From contig JANOFO010000010.1 of assembly GCA_031413715.1 (NCBI GenBank), positions 302 through 64,301 on the forward strand: a stretch of 64,000 nt of DNA, written 5' to 3'. Shown piece by piece: positions 30,299 through 38,609 of the stretch. Both the position numbers and the translations under genes were made by a program. Numbering within the stretch: the first letter of the stretch is position 1; every line of letters starts with the position of its first letter. The stretch comes from Minisyncoccota bacterium (lineage in GTDB: Bacteria; Patescibacteriota; Minisyncoccia; Phycocordibacterales; UBA9973). The notes below the pieces were generated by a model. That model was not told the origin of the DNA, did not search any database, and was given only the letters and a program-made list of their open reading frames with translations.

Positions 30299-31345
30299 CT
30301 AATTAATCCACAAACCAAAATAATTTCTTAACCTCATCGATAGCTTGTATGCATTCGCATGAGACAGTACTCCCAGATATGAATGGAGTGTCGCTACTAT
30401 CTTCTCCTTTTCGACCTTTCCTTTCGTGTAATCTTTAATCTTAGCTTCAAACTTTCTAATAACTCGTTTTTTAGTTCTCTTTCGCAGTAAAGTATGATTT
30501 GGGAAAACCACATATCCTAAGAAATCTACTCCTTTTGCGTACGTTAATATCTCAACTTTGTTCGGATGCAGATTCACTCCTAATCTATCTCTCAAAAAAA
30601 CATTCATTGGCTTGATAAGTTTCTCAAGATACTCCTTATCCCTTGAAACAATTATAAAATCATCAGTATATCGGGCATAATAACGAACCTTTAGAATGTG
30701 CTTCATATATTGATCAAACTCATTCATGTATACGTTGGCAAAAAGCTGTGAAGTTAAGTTGCCTATCGGCACTCCTTTCTTCTTGAATAGATCTGATTGC
30801 GTTCCACTGTAGCTTTCAACAAGATTATCTAAAAGCCATAATAAGTCAGCATCCTTAATCCTCCTTCGTAGAATTGACAACAGAATATCATGATCAATCG
30901 AATCAAAGAATTTCCTCACATCGCATTTGAGCGCATAGCATGTCTTGGTATTATTCTTGCTCTCTTTGCGCAGCATTCCTTGAACCACTTCCACTCCTTT
31001 ATGCGATCCCTTGCCAACACGGCAAGAGAATGATTCAGGAATGAAAGTAGGATCAAACACATGATTGATCGTAGACATAATTGCATGATGCAGAACTCTA
31101 TCACGAACAGTCGCTTTGTGAATATGCCGCAGCTTCGGATCGGAGATATAAAATCCGGTATACCCGGAATGCACATACGTTTTAGTTTTTAACTCCCTTG
31201 ATAATTGAAAAATATTATGTTCCAACTCCCTCTCGAATAAAAGGACATCGGGTTTTCTACCTTTACCAACTCTAAATTCCTTCCATGCTTGAAATAGCGT
31301 TTCAGGTTGAACAATCTTATTAAATAAATCTCGATATATAATCAT
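30299..31345 (-). CDS. DGR reverse transcriptase
   Basis: DPKLRHI, RDRVLHHA, KCDVRKFFDSIDH, GVPIGNLTSQLFAN (DGR-type SQ motif), RYTDDF, DFLGY. 348 aa from ATG 31345, no maturase or endonuclease domain. Confidence 0.95.
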   Translation of the reverse strand: MIIYRDLFNKIVQPETLFQAWKEFRVGKGRKPDVLLFERELEHNIFQLSRELKTKTYVHSGYTGFYISDPKLRHIHKATVRDRVLHHAIMSTINHVFDPTFIPESFSCRVGKGSHKGVEVVQGMLRKESKNNTKTCYALKCDVRKFFDSIDHDILLSILRRRIKDADLLWLLDNLVESYSGTQSDLFKKKGVPIGNLTSQLFANVYMNEFDQYMKHILKVRYYARYTDDFIIVSRDKEYLEKLIKPMNVFLRDRLGVNLHPNKVEILTYAKGVDFLGYVVFPNHTLLRKRTKKRVIRKFEAKIKDYTKGKVEKEKIVATLHSYLGVLSHANAYKLSMRLRNYFGLWIN

Positions 31346-31696
31346 ATGAATGAAAACGACATACCAGTGCTGAATAAATCGTACGAACTCTACAAGTTGT
31401 TCCACGAATATCGTAAGGTTGTTCCCAAACAAGATCGCTTCACGATTTATGAACGAAGTGAGCATGTCATGCTTGGAACTATAGAACTTCTACTCGAAGC
31501 AAGCTATGGAGACAAAGCGAGGAAGTTGGTAACACTTGAAAAAGTAAGCGTGAAACTCAATGTGCTTCGTTTTCTTATTAGGTTAATGAAAGAAACAAAG
31601 ACATTTGATACCAAGAAATATATAGCACTACAAGCACTCATCGACGAGATCGGTCGCATGACCGGCGGATGGATGCGATCGCTCATAAACAAATAG
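31346..31696 (+). CDS. avd: DGR accessory variability determinant (Avd-like four-helix bundle)
   Basis: 116 aa, basic. PKQDRFTI, L..LRFLIRL and IDEIGRMTGGW motifs. Lies between RT and TR. Confidence 0.9.
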   Translation: MNENDIPVLNKSYELYKLFHEYRKVVPKQDRFTIYERSEHVMLGTIELLLEASYGDKARKLVTLEKVSVKLNVLRFLIRLMKETKTFDTKKYIALQALIDEIGRMTGGWMRSLINK

Positions 31697-31719
31697 AATA
31701 AATAGAAAAGAGAATATTG

Positions 31720-31753
31720 CTACAAAAGGTATCCGAGAGGATACCTTTTGTAG
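31720..31753. terminator. 15-bp perfect hairpin between avd and TR
   Basis: ctacaaaaggtatcc-gaga-ggataccttttgtag. Confidence 0.7.
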
Positions 31754-31754
31754 T

Positions 31755-32135
31755 GCAAAAAGAGATACTTCGGAGAACCCGGACGCAGAACCGTAATTGG
31801 CATTCGCATTGGACACATCGTTCGCGTCCATCTTAACCTTGTCGTCATTGAAGTTGACGTTCGGAGCATGACCGAAGACACCATCGCCACCCGGAATTTA
31901 CTCCCATCAATCCGAGCCACCAAAAATTGAAACAGTATATCGCATCTGATTCTTTCTTTTGAATTTAATTCGACAACACGCGAGGTGCGTTTGTCTTTGA
32001 TAGGAGTAAGCAGTATCTCATTTACTCGGGTTCGCTCTCGCAAGCCGTAGCCGGCGGGATTCTGACTCGTTTCTCGCAAAGAGAAAGAGTTCGGCGACAG
32101 TCATCCGTAGACGGCTGTGCATGAGCCTATACTCA
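31755..32135 (-). ncRNA. Predicted TR-containing DGR RNA
   Basis: Extended -10 TGcTATAGT at 32149-32141. Long-range helices 32019-32012/31769-31762 and 32009-31997/31910-31898. Ends are approximate. Confidence 0.6.
31771..31888 (-). repeat. DGR template repeat (TR)
   Basis: 118-bp ungapped match to 32272-32389. All 17 mismatches fall at minus-strand adenines. Rich in AAY codons. Confidence 0.97.
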
Positions 32136-32170
32136 CTGTCACTATAGCAGATTTCAGTAGTAAAAATAGT

Positions 32171-32202
32171 AAAAGGGTTATCCGATTGTGGATAACCCTT
32201 TT
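32171..32202. terminator. 13-bp hairpin downstream of VR (terminator and/or DGR homing hairpin)
   Basis: aaaagggttatcc-gattgt-ggataaccctttt. Confidence 0.7.
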
Positions 32203-32257
32203 TTTAAAAAATTCGAATTCAAGATTAAAGAAATCAAAAGATCCGAGAACTCAATAT

Positions 32258-33193
32258 TCAAGATCCAATCGCGGAGAACCCGGACGCAGAACCGAAATCG
32301 GCAAACGCATAGGACACACCGTACGCGCCCATCCCAACCTCGCCGTCATGGAAGAAGACGCGCGGAGCATGACCGAAGACACCATCGCCCTTATCACTGT
32401 ACTCATCACCGGGGCAATCAATCCAAAGATCGTTGACATTGCTCAGGCGTTCAGGATGAGTGAAGATTAATGTCAGCACTTCGTATGCGCCGAGGCCAAA
32501 CTCACCGAACATAACTTCCCGGGCTCTTCTGACACTTTTTCCGGCATGATTGATGCCGAACTGAAACGGAACGAGCAGAACTCCACTCGGACGGCCTTGT
32601 GCGATCCATAATGCTTCTGTGTTCTCAGTAAGCTCACTTCCACGGCGATAATATTGCCGGCTCCATTTGCCTTCACGGTAATCTTGGAAATTTCCTCTGG
32701 ATTTTTTAATAAATCCCTGGATACGCTCCATCGGTTTTCCGTAATCCATAGCCGGATCATTTTCATGGTTGGTAAACATGCTTTCATCAAGCACGATTAC
32801 GCCCAGTCCTTCACCGAGGGATTTCTGGGAAACCATAACTTTCTGCTTTTCGGTAAGCGTCCAATTCACTTCCCGTCCCCAATCGTAAAATTGAAGAAGG
32901 GTAATTTGCAAATTAACGGGTTTAGGAACCCGATAGCCGGAAAGATAACCGTAGGCCGAGGTGACCTGCTCTTTGATGTACTTGTCCGGGGTGGCCATGT
33001 CCCGCAGGATTTCTCTGGCAGCTTTTTCCAAACGATTTTTAAAATCACTTGGTTTCATAATGATACGTTGCTGGATCAGATCTCGTGAGAGATTTGATTC
33101 TGTTGTAACCACAGCTTTAACAGCTTGTCTGCCAAATTCTACAATGCTGTCGCGTTGGTCAGGTGTCATGGATGTCATCTTGGTAGTGATCAT
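32258..33193 (-). CDS. DGR target protein with C-terminal variable region
   Basis: 311 aa. VR encodes GDGVFGHAPRVFFHDGEVGMGAYGVSYAFADFGSASGFS just before the stop. Confidence 0.92.
   Translation of the reverse strand: MITTKMTSMTPDQRDSIVEFGRQAVKAVVTTESNLSRDLIQQRIIMKPSDFKNRLEKAAREILRDMATPDKYIKEQVTSAYGYLSGYRVPKPVNLQITLLQFYDWGREVNWTLTEKQKVMVSQKSLGEGLGVIVLDESMFTNHENDPAMDYGKPMERIQGFIKKSRGNFQDYREGKWSRQYYRRGSELTENTEALWIAQGRPSGVLLVPFQFGINHAGKSVRRAREVMFGEFGLGAYEVLTLIFTHPERLSNVNDLWIDCPGDEYSDKGDGVFGHAPRVFFHDGEVGMGAYGVSYAFADFGSASGFSAIGS
32272..32389 (-). repeat. DGR variable repeat (VR)
   Basis: Copy of TR with 17 adenine-specific substitutions changing 13 codons. Confidence 0.97.
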
Positions 33194-33419
33194 CTTGTTT
33201 TAATTTATAAATGAACAAATATCTCAACAACCCTGAGATTTGGGTACTATAAAATAAAGATTACAGTGGTTATATTATATCATATATAAGTCAGATTGTA
33301 AAGCTCATTTAACCTTTAAAATCAAGCCATTTAGAGGAAATAATTACCAACATGTTGCCAACAACTCGAGCCTGGGGCTGCTTTTTAAGCTCCTCGTGCA
33401 CTAAAACCTCGCACGACCG

Positions 33420-33682
33420 TGTGATCCCGGCAGGGTAATCTCGCCTACGGCGCGTGATTGGTGGTTTGTAAACAAACAACACCAATCTTTCGCTTCCTGC
33501 ACGCGACTGAAGCAGTTCAGTCGCTCGGGAACGATTTACTTGTGACTACAAATATTTCCATCTCGTCAGCCGGAAATTTCGCAGCCCGCCCCTCGTGGTT
33601 TTGCGTGGTCGCAAAACATCACTGCGGTCATCACAAAGTGTAAAAGACCTCCGCAGGGAGCTCTTTTTGAATACGCGCTTTG
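33420..33682 (-). repeat. tRNA-trailing structured element, copy B
   Basis: Conserved hairpin module, inverted tRNA 3' copy with a 25-nt insert (33501-33525), direct 15-bp tRNA 3' copy (33420-33434). Confidence 0.75.
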
Positions 33683-33754
33683 TGATCCCGGCAGGAATCG
33701 AACCTGCATCGCAACTTCCGCAAAGTTGCGTCCTATCCATTGAACGACGGGACC
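33683..33754 (-). tRNA. tRNA-Arg(GCG)
   Basis: ggtcccg/cgggatc acceptor, caact-ttgcgga-agttg anticodon arm, gcagg-ttcgatt-cctgc T arm. Confidence 0.93.
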
Positions 33755-33757
33755 AAT

Positions 33758-33997
33758 TTACTTTAACTTATTTTTTAAATATCTTCTCCCTGCGGCACTT
33801 TTCCAATACTTTTCTTTCTTTACAGCTTCTTCTTTTGTCTCACATTGCTCGTGATAGGCAATTTCAAAAGGAATATAGTTCTTGATTGATTTTGTCATTC
33901 CTGAATTATGTTGAGATAATCGTACTTTTAAGTCTTCAGAAAATCCCTTGTAATAGAAATTCTTGATCTTACTTTTCAAAACATAAACATAATACAT
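33758..33997 (-). CDS. GIY-YIG nuclease family protein
   Basis: MYYVYVLKS...YYKG.S.DL..RL.QHN.G...EA.K.EKY.KS..GR. Confidence 0.9.
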   Translation of the reverse strand: MYYVYVLKSKIKNFYYKGFSEDLKVRLSQHNSGMTKSIKNYIPFEIAYHEQCETKEEAVKKEKYWKSAAGRRYLKNKLK

Positions 33998-34003
33998 ATG
34001 TGT

Positions 34004-34070
34004 GTCCTATCCCCGCCCGACTGAACGATCACTCCAGTCGTTCGGGCGGGCATTGAACGACGGGACCAAT
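34004..34070 (-). pseudogene. Duplicated tRNA-Arg 5' fragment interrupted by a 39-bp palindrome
   Basis: 34051-34070 equals 33738-33757 and 34004-34011 equals 33730-33737. Insert is cccgcccga...tcgggcggg. Confidence 0.8.
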
Positions 34071-34077
34071 ATGGTTT

Positions 34078-34106
34078 AATCTATCTCAAAAGAAAGATAT
34101 TAGCAA
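34078..34106 (-). promoter_or_regulatory. Promoter for the tRNA fragment/GIY-YIG/tRNA-Arg unit
   Basis: TTGCTA-17-TAGATT. Confidence 0.6.
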
Positions 34107-34158
34107 GTTCTTTTATAGACTCTCGCTTGTGAATTTGTTAAACTTTTATAGTAAATAT

Positions 34159-35403
34159 ATGTACCGATTTGTTGCAATTTTCCGAAGCGAAACAATATAC
34201 TTCAAAGAGCATATTAGCCCTAATGTAAGGCGAGTCTTTACTTCTAATATTTTTAAGTCAATTTCTAGTCCATTAATGACGACATTTCTTAATGCGTTCG
34301 TTTTCCGGGCTAGTGGGACACTTGCTGGCGTAGCAATATATAACGTGGGGCTCTTTGTATGTTTACCGATAGCATTTTATATAAACGGTCTTTTTCTGCG
34401 CCACATAAATATTCGCATAATGCTTGCTTGGGGAGCAATTTTAGGTGGTGGTGCAAGTATCGCATTCGTTTTAGCAGGACCTACGACCATGCTTACAACG
34501 TTCTTATATGGATGTGCTTGGGGTTTAGGTAATGGTTTTTATTGGGCAAATCGTAATTATCTCGAATTTCAAGAGACGATCACATCAATGCGCCAATACT
34601 TTTATGGGCTAATTTTATCGATTACATCAATTGCAAACATCGCAGTTCCATTTATTGCTGGATGGTTTATTGTCATAGGAGAGCGCTTGAATTTATATTC
34701 AACAAAACATGCTTACTGGATAATTTTCGGTTTTTCTTTTATTCTTTTACTGATATGTGGGGCTATCATTCGCAGAGGACAGTTTGATTCACCTGCGCCT
34801 CCTGCTATTTCACGTTTGAGAATACGTCCTTTTTTAAACACTCGTAGACTTCTTTCGATAGCGTCAGGATTCACTGACGGCACAATTTCACTTACTGTGG
34901 TTCTACTTGTGCTTCTTTTGGTTGGAAATGAAGGAATTTTGGGAAGTTTGACGGGATTGGTATCTTTTGCAACTGCCGTTGCTATGTATTTATACGGAAG
35001 ATATGTAAACATAAAATATGAACTTCGAACAATGCTTGTTTCAAGTATTGTTTTTTTCCTAGCAGCAATATGCCTGATTGTTTTACCAGGTATTATAGGG
35101 ATTATGCTATATATTCTTCTGGTTGGAATCTCAACAAACTTTTTTGCGATGTCATCGAGTCCCCTACTCTTTTCCCTCGCTGAAACAGAGATGGGTCAAG
35201 ATAGTACAATGCGCTATTCTTTTATTTTTGACAATGAGCTTTTTCTTAATATCGGAAGGCTTATTGCTATAGGTATTCTTTTTCTATTTTCTTACTTTCA
35301 AACTGAAACATCTACTCTTATTTTCGGATCAGTAGCTATAGCGGGACTGCATCTCTTTATCATGGCGGCCTTTTTTGCACGCAATCAATACTCCCTAAAA
35401 TAG
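34159..35403 (+). CDS. MFS-like transporter
   Basis: About 12 TM helices, G.GNGFYW and E.FLNIGR motifs. Confidence 0.8.
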   Translation: MYRFVAIFRSETIYFKEHISPNVRRVFTSNIFKSISSPLMTTFLNAFVFRASGTLAGVAIYNVGLFVCLPIAFYINGLFLRHINIRIMLAWGAILGGGASIAFVLAGPTTMLTTFLYGCAWGLGNGFYWANRNYLEFQETITSMRQYFYGLILSITSIANIAVPFIAGWFIVIGERLNLYSTKHAYWIIFGFSFILLLICGAIIRRGQFDSPAPPAISRLRIRPFLNTRRLLSIASGFTDGTISLTVVLLVLLLVGNEGILGSLTGLVSFATAVAMYLYGRYVNIKYELRTMLVSSIVFFLAAICLIVLPGIIGIMLYILLVGISTNFFAMSSSPLLFSLAETEMGQDSTMRYSFIFDNELFLNIGRLIAIGILFLFSYFQTETSTLIFGSVAIAGLHLFIMAAFFARNQYSLK

Positions 35404-35528
35404 TATTTATCATGCTAACTTTACTTGTAATACTAAACAAAATTTCTGGCCCGTATTCTGACTACTAAGTAAGAGAGGACATTTTACCCACTTGCATTTT
35501 GTATGACATTGTCATACAATATCACTAT

Positions 35529-35855
35529 ATGGAAAATAATAATAAAGACTATATTCTGAATATCAGGGTCTCAAAAGAGACCTACAAAAAAGTGAAGGAT
35601 ATGGCTAAAGATAACAGTGAATCTGTCTCGGCTCTAATTCGTAAGGTCCTTAAAGATAGTGAAGAGATTCTTGGAGATATTTTCCCTCATAAAAGTGGTT
35701 GGGATAGCATCAAGACGTTTAGTACAGAAAAAGCTGCACGAGACATTGTTTGCGAAAAAACAGGAAAGAAGGTAAAAAAAGGAAGTCCTGTTGTTGTCGG
35801 TCAAACGTCCTCGGGAAAACGCTACTATTTCGCTCCTGGCCATGAACCACGCTAA
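35529..35855 (+). CDS. Ribbon-helix-helix-like small protein
   Basis: ILNIRVSKETY.KV...A......VSALIR pattern. Confidence 0.6.
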   Translation: MENNNKDYILNIRVSKETYKKVKDMAKDNSESVSALIRKVLKDSEEILGDIFPHKSGWDSIKTFSTEKAARDIVCEKTGKKVKKGSPVVVGQTSSGKRYYFAPGHEPR

Positions 35856-35859
35856 TCAT

Positions 35860-37266
35860 ATGGAAAGAAAAACTTTCAGACGGTGGATTAAAATCATCTC
35901 TGTTATTTCCAAATATTTCTTATTCTACAAGCTCGGGAAACACAGAAAGGATATATTTGGCAAGAGGCTTCGCTATGCTTGCGAAGAACTAGGACCCATA
36001 TTCATAAAGCTTGGGCAGATTTTGAGTACCCGGTATGATGTTCTCAGCAACGAGAACTGTACCGAGCTTCAAAAACTACTCGACCAAGTTGAACCTATCC
36101 CTCTCCAAAAGGTTGAGAATATAATTCAAAAAGATTTCGGGAAGAAATATACAGCATTATTCAAGACTTTCGATACGATACCGCTCGCATCTGCTTCAAT
36201 TGCCCAAGTACACCGAGCGACTTTGCTAAATGGCAAAAAAGTCGCTGTTAAAATACGTCGGCCGGAGGTCAGCGAGCATGTCGAATCAGACATACGTGTT
36301 CTCAAGCAAGTGGTCTCCGCATTAGAACTGTTTTCACCTACCTTGCGTCATGTTGATGGAAAACAAGTTGTCAGTCAGTTGCATGACTGGATATTGGTGG
36401 AGATGAATTTCAAGCAAGAGGTGCAGAATATTAAACAGATGAAAAGCTACCTAGCCCACGCAGCAGAATATACTAATACGTCAGATGAAGAAGCGAACAA
36501 TTTAGTAATTCCAGATGTGTATGAAGAGTACTGCACGGAAAATGTGATCGTCATGGAATTTATCGACGGTGTCCCGCTTTCAAAATTTGAGACAATCAAG
36601 GACAATCCGGAGTATAACATCATGGGATCTGCAAAAGCGATTGCAATGCTCGTTTTACGCCACTGGCTTGTCGCGTGTGACGATGAGTATGTCTTCCACG
36701 CAGACCCTCATCCCGCGAATGTGCTCATATTACCGCATGGCAGGCTCGCTCTTGTGGATTTTGGTCTGATCGGGCATCTATCTCCCGAACAAACGCGACA
36801 CACGGCTGATCTCTTTTTGGCCGTCTATGCGCGCAATCTCGAGCTTTCAATCAAATATGCACTTGCGATTCCGGGTGTCGACCATGAGAAGTACTCAGAG
36901 AAAGTACGTCCCGATATCCAAGCATACCTTCGCAAAACTCCTGCGAAAGGAATCGGCTTTTGGTTCATGGGATTTGTACGCATATTCGTAAAACACAGGG
37001 TGCCAATTCCATATGACATAATCCTCTTTGGCCGCCAGAACACCGTGGGAGATGGATTGATAAGTACAATTCTTCCCGGCAAGACGACTATTGATATCAT
37101 GGGAGAGGAACTTGCGCGAGCGCTCCGTAAAAAAATTGCCCAGAACATATTGGATGTGGATTTCACGCGACTAGCGTATGCTGTTTCCGAGGAGGTGAAA
37201 AATAGCCCAGAGAAAGTTGTTTCAATTCTTGATCGGCTTAGTAAAGACCCGTCTGCGATTTATTAG
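35860..37266 (+). CDS. ABC1/UbiB/AarF atypical kinase
   Basis: ELGPIFIKLGQILSTR, ASASIAQVH, VAVK, HADPHPAN and DFG motifs. Confidence 0.92.
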   Translation: MERKTFRRWIKIISVISKYFLFYKLGKHRKDIFGKRLRYACEELGPIFIKLGQILSTRYDVLSNENCTELQKLLDQVEPIPLQKVENIIQKDFGKKYTALFKTFDTIPLASASIAQVHRATLLNGKKVAVKIRRPEVSEHVESDIRVLKQVVSALELFSPTLRHVDGKQVVSQLHDWILVEMNFKQEVQNIKQMKSYLAHAAEYTNTSDEEANNLVIPDVYEEYCTENVIVMEFIDGVPLSKFETIKDNPEYNIMGSAKAIAMLVLRHWLVACDDEYVFHADPHPANVLILPHGRLALVDFGLIGHLSPEQTRHTADLFLAVYARNLELSIKYALAIPGVDHEKYSEKVRPDIQAYLRKTPAKGIGFWFMGFVRIFVKHRVPIPYDIILFGRQNTVGDGLISTILPGKTTIDIMGEELARALRKKIAQNILDVDFTRLAYAVSEEVKNSPEKVVSILDRLSKDPSAIY

Positions 37267-37400
37267 GATCACACGGTCGTGCTAGTACCAGGAGGTTATT
37301 CTATAAAACTTTTTTCCTCACATTTACACCAAAGAGAATAGGATGGAAGTACGAGCGATGCCAAGGAGAGAGATTTATAAAAATTGCTAGATGCAAATAT

Positions 37401-37661
37401 TTAAAAGCACTGCCATTCAGGCATATGCATTGCATATCTTGGAATATCAATTAGCAAACTTTTGTATGAGATATCATTGGAAGAGCTCTGTTCTTTTTCT
37501 TTAGAAACAGCTAAAATTATACGCTCACCATCTTCTCCATAATACTTTTTGAAATCGGCTTCTGCTTTTATAACAAGCAAATCAGAATGCTCTTCAAAAG
37601 AAGCGGGCTTTTTTGTTTTAGATTTTTGATCACCAATTTTAGGAGGTTTATATTCGCTCAT
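37401..37661 (-). CDS. Hypothetical protein or gene fragment
   Basis: Short ORF with a plausible start, no recognisable motif. Confidence 0.35.
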   Translation of the reverse strand: MSEYKPPKIGDQKSKTKKPASFEEHSDLLVIKAEADFKKYYGEDGERIILAVSKEKEQSSSNDISYKSLLIDIPRYAMHMPEWQCF

Positions 37662-37809
37662 ATACAGATACTTTACCATGAAATGATTATTTGTATAAGT
37701 AAAGTAAGGTCAGGCGCCTTACTTCCTAAAAACATCTGTTCAAACTTCTTGAATCACTTTAGGTCATTTGTGATCTGTTCTTTCATAGGTACGGTCTGTG
37801 GAGTGTGTT

Positions 37810-38088
37810 TTAGTTTCCCTCAGCCCAAGCTTTGAGTTCTTTGTAGGTCACTTCCCCACAGACAGTCTTGTGACTTTTTTGATTTAAAAAGAAGGGTACG
37901 CCGCCGCACGGTTCCGGCTCGCAGTCGAGTTTTTCCATCAGCTTGTTATTATCTTTATTGTGCCAGATCTCTATTTTTTCAATCTTATAGCCTTCTTTTG
38001 TGAGCTTGTTTACAAGCTTTTCCATTCGTATGCAGTGGGGGCACTCAGTTCCATAAAAGAAAAGTAGGTCTGTATTTGTTTGATTCAT
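37810..38088 (-). CDS. Thioredoxin/glutaredoxin-like protein
   Basis: FYGTECPHC and CGGVPFF motifs. Confidence 0.85.
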   Translation of the reverse strand: MNQTNTDLLFFYGTECPHCIRMEKLVNKLTKEGYKIEKIEIWHNKDNNKLMEKLDCEPEPCGGVPFFLNQKSHKTVCGEVTYKELKAWAEGN

Positions 38089-38117
38089 GAACTCATTATA
38101 CCCGCACCCATGATAAA

Positions 38118-38148
38118 ACAAAACCCCGATATGATCGGGGTTTTGTTT
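38118..38148. terminator. Terminator after rpsT
   Basis: acaaaaccccgat-atg-atcggggttttgt. Confidence 0.75.
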
Positions 38149-38401
38149 ACTTTGTAATCTTTGAGAGTCTAGATTTCTTGCGAGAAGCGTTATTTTTTTT
38201 GAATATTCCCTTCTTTGCTGCCTTATCTATTGCGCTATAGGCAATTGAGAGTAATTTCTTTGCTTCGTCTTTTTTCTTTTCTTTGACGAGTTTCTCAATA
38301 TTCTTGATAGCTTCTTTGACGGCTTTTTTGTTGCGGTCATTGGCAGCTTTCTTGACGAGAGATCCTCGAAGGGCTTTTTTTGCTGATTTTGTAATTGGCA
38401 T
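38147..38401 (-). CDS. rpsT: 30S ribosomal protein S20
   Basis: MPITKSAKKALR...IDKAAKKG..KKN.ASRKKSRL. Confidence 0.96.
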   Translation of the reverse strand: MPITKSAKKALRGSLVKKAANDRNKKAVKEAIKNIEKLVKEKKKDEAKKLLSIAYSAIDKAAKKGIFKKNNASRKKSRLSKITK

Positions 38402-38530
38402 AATGTGTATAATTATTTATGCCTGCCTGTGCAGGCAGGTTCCCTTCCATACGAGACACGAATAAAAGGTAGTAAAGCCATCCTAACAGAAAAGGTCTAC
38501 AATGTAAACGCCCAAAGAGTAGTGCCCCGA

Positions 38531-38564
38531 ATAATCATAGTAAGCGATCGCTTACTATGATTAT
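38531..38564. repeat. Perfect 34-bp palindrome
   Basis: ataatcatagtaagcga|tcgcttactatgattat. Confidence 0.9.
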
Positions 38565-38609
38565 AGTGGAAATATTACTAAATCAGCGCAATCTCTGTAT
38601 AATACAAAT

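Noticed and set aside
30299-31345. RT as a group II intron or retron RT
   Set aside because: It has the SQ motif, lacks maturase and VTG regions, and sits beside Avd and an adenine-specific TR/VR pair.
31346-31465. 40-aa N-terminal extension of the RT in the ORF track
   Set aside because: It is the antisense of avd, and RT-like sequence begins at MIIYRDLF (31345).
31628-31831. ORF spanning the TR
   Set aside because: TRs stay open in the VR frame by design, so this is not evidence of a protein.
33420-33434. tRNA-Arg 3' duplicate as the att site of a DGR-carrying island
   Set aside because: It is only about 260 bp from the tRNA, does not enclose the DGR, and no integrase is nearby.
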